A stretch of 64,000 bases of DNA from Thermodesulfobacteriota bacterium (lineage in GTDB: Bacteria; Desulfobacterota_D; UBA1144; Nemesobacterales; Mycalebacteriaceae): positions 34,459 to 98,458 of the forward strand of contig CBDAQI010000005.1 of the NCBI GenBank assembly GCA_965198945.1. The letters are read 5' to 3'. This document shows positions 61,511 to 64,000 of this stretch, piece by piece. The position numbers and the translations under genes are program-made. Below the pieces are notes generated by a model, which did no database searches, was not told the DNA's origin, and saw nothing but the letters and a program-made list of their open reading frames with translations. The number at the start of each line of letters is the position of its first letter. Positions within the stretch are counted from its first letter, which is position 1.

Positions 61511-62250
61511 AAAATTCTGAGGAAAAAGCGCGCGTATCACTTATCATACCGTGCTTTAACGAGGAAAAACGGCTTTCAGAGGAACACATTCTTGAGTGCC
61601 TGAAACTGCTGGGCAAAAACGCCGAAATCGTACTTGTTGATGACGGTTCAAAAGACCGCACAGCCGGGCTTCTCAAAAAAATAGCGTCAAAATCAAACGC
61701 GATAAGAGTAATTTCACTCGGACGGAACATGGGCAAAGCCGAAGCCGTGCGCGCGGGTATGAGAGACGCTTCTTGAGCGCGGCTCGGAGTTTGCCGGATT
61801 TTGCGATGCTGATTTTGCGACCCCGCCCGCAGAAGTGGCCCGGGTTTTCAAGACTCTTGAGAAAAACGGGGAGGCAAATGCGGCTATCGGAACACGCAAT
61901 TCGCGCCAGTCCGCAAATATATCAAGAAGCGCCATGCGCGGATTCTTAAGCCGGGTTTTCTCGCTGATTTCATCGTTTGTTCTGGCCAGACGCATTCTTG
62001 ATTCACAGTGCGGAGTGAAGTTCTTCAGAACCACCTCCGCCCTTAAAAAAGCGCTTGATGAGCCTTTTATATCGCGCTGGGGTTTTGAATGTTGAAATAA
62101 TTGGCAGACTTGAGGCCGGCGACGCGACGCGCACAGTTGAGGTTCCGCTCCAAAGGTGGAGCGAGGAAAAGCGGCTCACGGATTAGTCCGCTTTCCATGA
62201 CAACGACCCTTTTTGATATGAGAGATATAAACGGGACCTGAAAGAGCGGC
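61507..62250 (+). pseudogene. GT2 polyprenol-phosphate glycosyltransferase, frameshifted
   Basis: IIPCFNEEKRL, VDDGSKD, N.GKAEAVR.G, DAD and DSQCGVK across frames. End coordinate approximate. Confidence 0.8.
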
Positions 62251-62279
62251 GAAGTCGGGCTGGGAACCGATCAGGGTTT

Positions 62280-63895
62280 TTGACGGAAGCGCTGCTGACC
62301 GTATTTGTCAGAATGATACCCATATACGTTCTGATTTACATTCTCGCAAAGATACTTTTCTGGGAAAGATACTGGGTCAATCCGGACGCCTATTACCATA
62401 TGGGGGTCGCTTTAAGCTACATGGAAAACGGATGGCTGTCCGACTTTCCTGGCTCAAATACACGGTGCTCGGTGAAAATTTCCCAAACGTATATCTGATG
62501 CAGCATCTACTGCTCGGAATAATCGGAAAAATGATTCTCCTCCGACCCGACCGTGATTCTCAAAACCTCAGTAATGGTAATGGCTTTCCTTCAAGCGGCC
62601 TCGTTTTACTTCTTTTTGAGAAAATGGAAAGTCTCAAATGCGGCCATCTGGACGGTTCTCCGGAATAACCGTTTCGTCAAATATGCTGTGGCACACAATA
62701 GCTCTTAAGGGAATCACGCTCTTCTCAATAATTTTCCCTTGGATAGTTGACGCGCTGTGGTCAGACAACAGACGCCGGGCGTTTTTCGTCGGCCTGCTCT
62801 CGGCATACACATATGTCGGTTTCATAATAATGCTGCCTCTTGCGGCCTGCAGGTTCGCCGGGCATCTGATATTTGACGGCAAATTCAAAATTAAAACACC
62901 GTTGCTGCTTTTTGCGGGAGTCGCGCTCGGAATGGTTGTGACTCCGTTTTTTCCCGACAACCTGTCGCACATATTCAGAGAACTTAAAACCGTTTTTGAA
63001 CGCCCTGATTTCATAAAAGCGGGAGACTTTTTCGGCTCGGAATGGCAGATACCAAACCGGCTTCAGCTTCAGCACTTTCTCGGGGGAATGCTGCTATCAC
63101 AATAGCCGCATCCGTTTTCTACATGCGGGGACAAAACCGGGCTAACAATGTAACCGGAGCCGCTTTCATTGCGGTTTTCGTGTTTGCCCTGATGCCGTTT
63201 TTCGGAGGAATGAAATTCGCGCAAACCTTCGTCGTATTGGCGACGACGATGGTGCCTATCATATTCCTGCCCATATCGCGCGCGGGTTCACAATCCCCAA
63301 GATGAAAATCAAAATCAGGCCTTTTGTGCCCGTAGTTTTTGCGTTTATTTTTCTGGTTTATTCACTGCCTTTCATAAAGGGGCGTCAAATTAAAGCCGAC
63401 CCCCGTGGCCCGTGCCGCCCGCCCATATCAAAAAATGGGCAAAGTGATCAGAGCCCTTACGGAAAAAGGCAAGGTTGTAATAGCCCCCTGGGACGACTTT
63501 CCGGGACTTTTCTATTTCAACAGAGACAATCACTACGTGTCGGGGATGAACAACCTGTTTCTTTACCACAATGACCCGCAAAGATTTGCGGCCTACTACA
63601 AATTCTTCAAAGGCGAATGAAAAATCCCGCAAAATCCATACCGTTTGCGTTTGACGGCGCAGACCTCATCATTGTAAGGAATGATCCCAGAGTTGAGGGG
63701 GAAGTGAAGATGCTGGAAGAAATTAAAAAGGCGCCGGGCATCGTACCCATAATGGAAAAAGACAGAAAACTTTTCAAAGGCGAGGGAGTCGTGGCTGACT
63801 ACTGGAGGGTATATAAAATCCTCCCCGAACCCGAAAACAAACAACCGCCGCAGAAAACTCCCGAGACCGGGGGAGAGCCCGAAAGTGCCGAGTGA
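62280..63895 (+). pseudogene. Large membrane protein (GT-C-like), split into several frames
   Basis: PDAYYH...WL.YT, SEW and WDDFP.LFY.N...Y..G fragments on consecutive short ORFs. Confidence 0.55.
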
Positions 63896-64000
63896 GAGCG
63901 CGGTTGAGCAAACAAATCTGAAAGGCGCCGCCTCGCCGCCCTCAGGGGAAAAGTGCGAGACATCTATGACCTCGGAGAGACTCTTCTTTTTGTTTCAACG
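63885..64000 (+). CDS. purC: SAICAR synthetase, 5' fragment (runs off the window; frameshifted)
   Basis: RGKVRDIYDLGETLLFVST at the window end, in a different frame from GTG 63885. Confidence 0.8.
   Translation, partial: MPSESAVEQTNLKGAASPPSGEKCETSMTSERLFFLFQ

Overview
This is a gene-dense, mostly housekeeping chromosomal segment of a diderm bacterium. It carries BamD and an Omp85 protein, and its gene content and order look deltaproteobacteria-like, possibly Dadabacteria, which cannot be confirmed here. Housekeeping genes include rpsB-tsf-pyrH-frr, serS, panBCD, aroB/aroF, purN, rpsU-dnaG-sigma70 and uppS-dxr-rseP. RNA genes are a tRNA-Ser(TGA) and a stand-alone 5S rRNA. A B12 theme runs through the window: ethylmalonyl-CoA pathway genes (ecm, mcd-like, malyl-CoA lyase-like, mutAB) and a cobT-cobS-cbiR-cobU cobamide remodelling cluster. 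There are three accessory regions: (i) a type II-like R-M pair at 0-1.7 kb; (ii) an AT-rich pair of ATPase-nuclease genes at 9.6-13.3 kb, preceded by a perfect 20-bp palindrome; (iii) a 2.5-kb cassette at 18.9-21.4 kb, bounded by 33-bp direct repeats and dRS3-like palindromic elements, carrying a lone tail-fibre-like repeat protein. Other oddities are a cryptic class II aldolase-fold protein in a lipid operon, a sigma70 with substituted promoter-melting residues, an apparent ATC start in panD, and cdsA missing from its usual position. From about 60 kb onward every gene is frameshifted, most likely because of uncorrected long-read errors. All calls come from motif recognition by eye; no searches were run.
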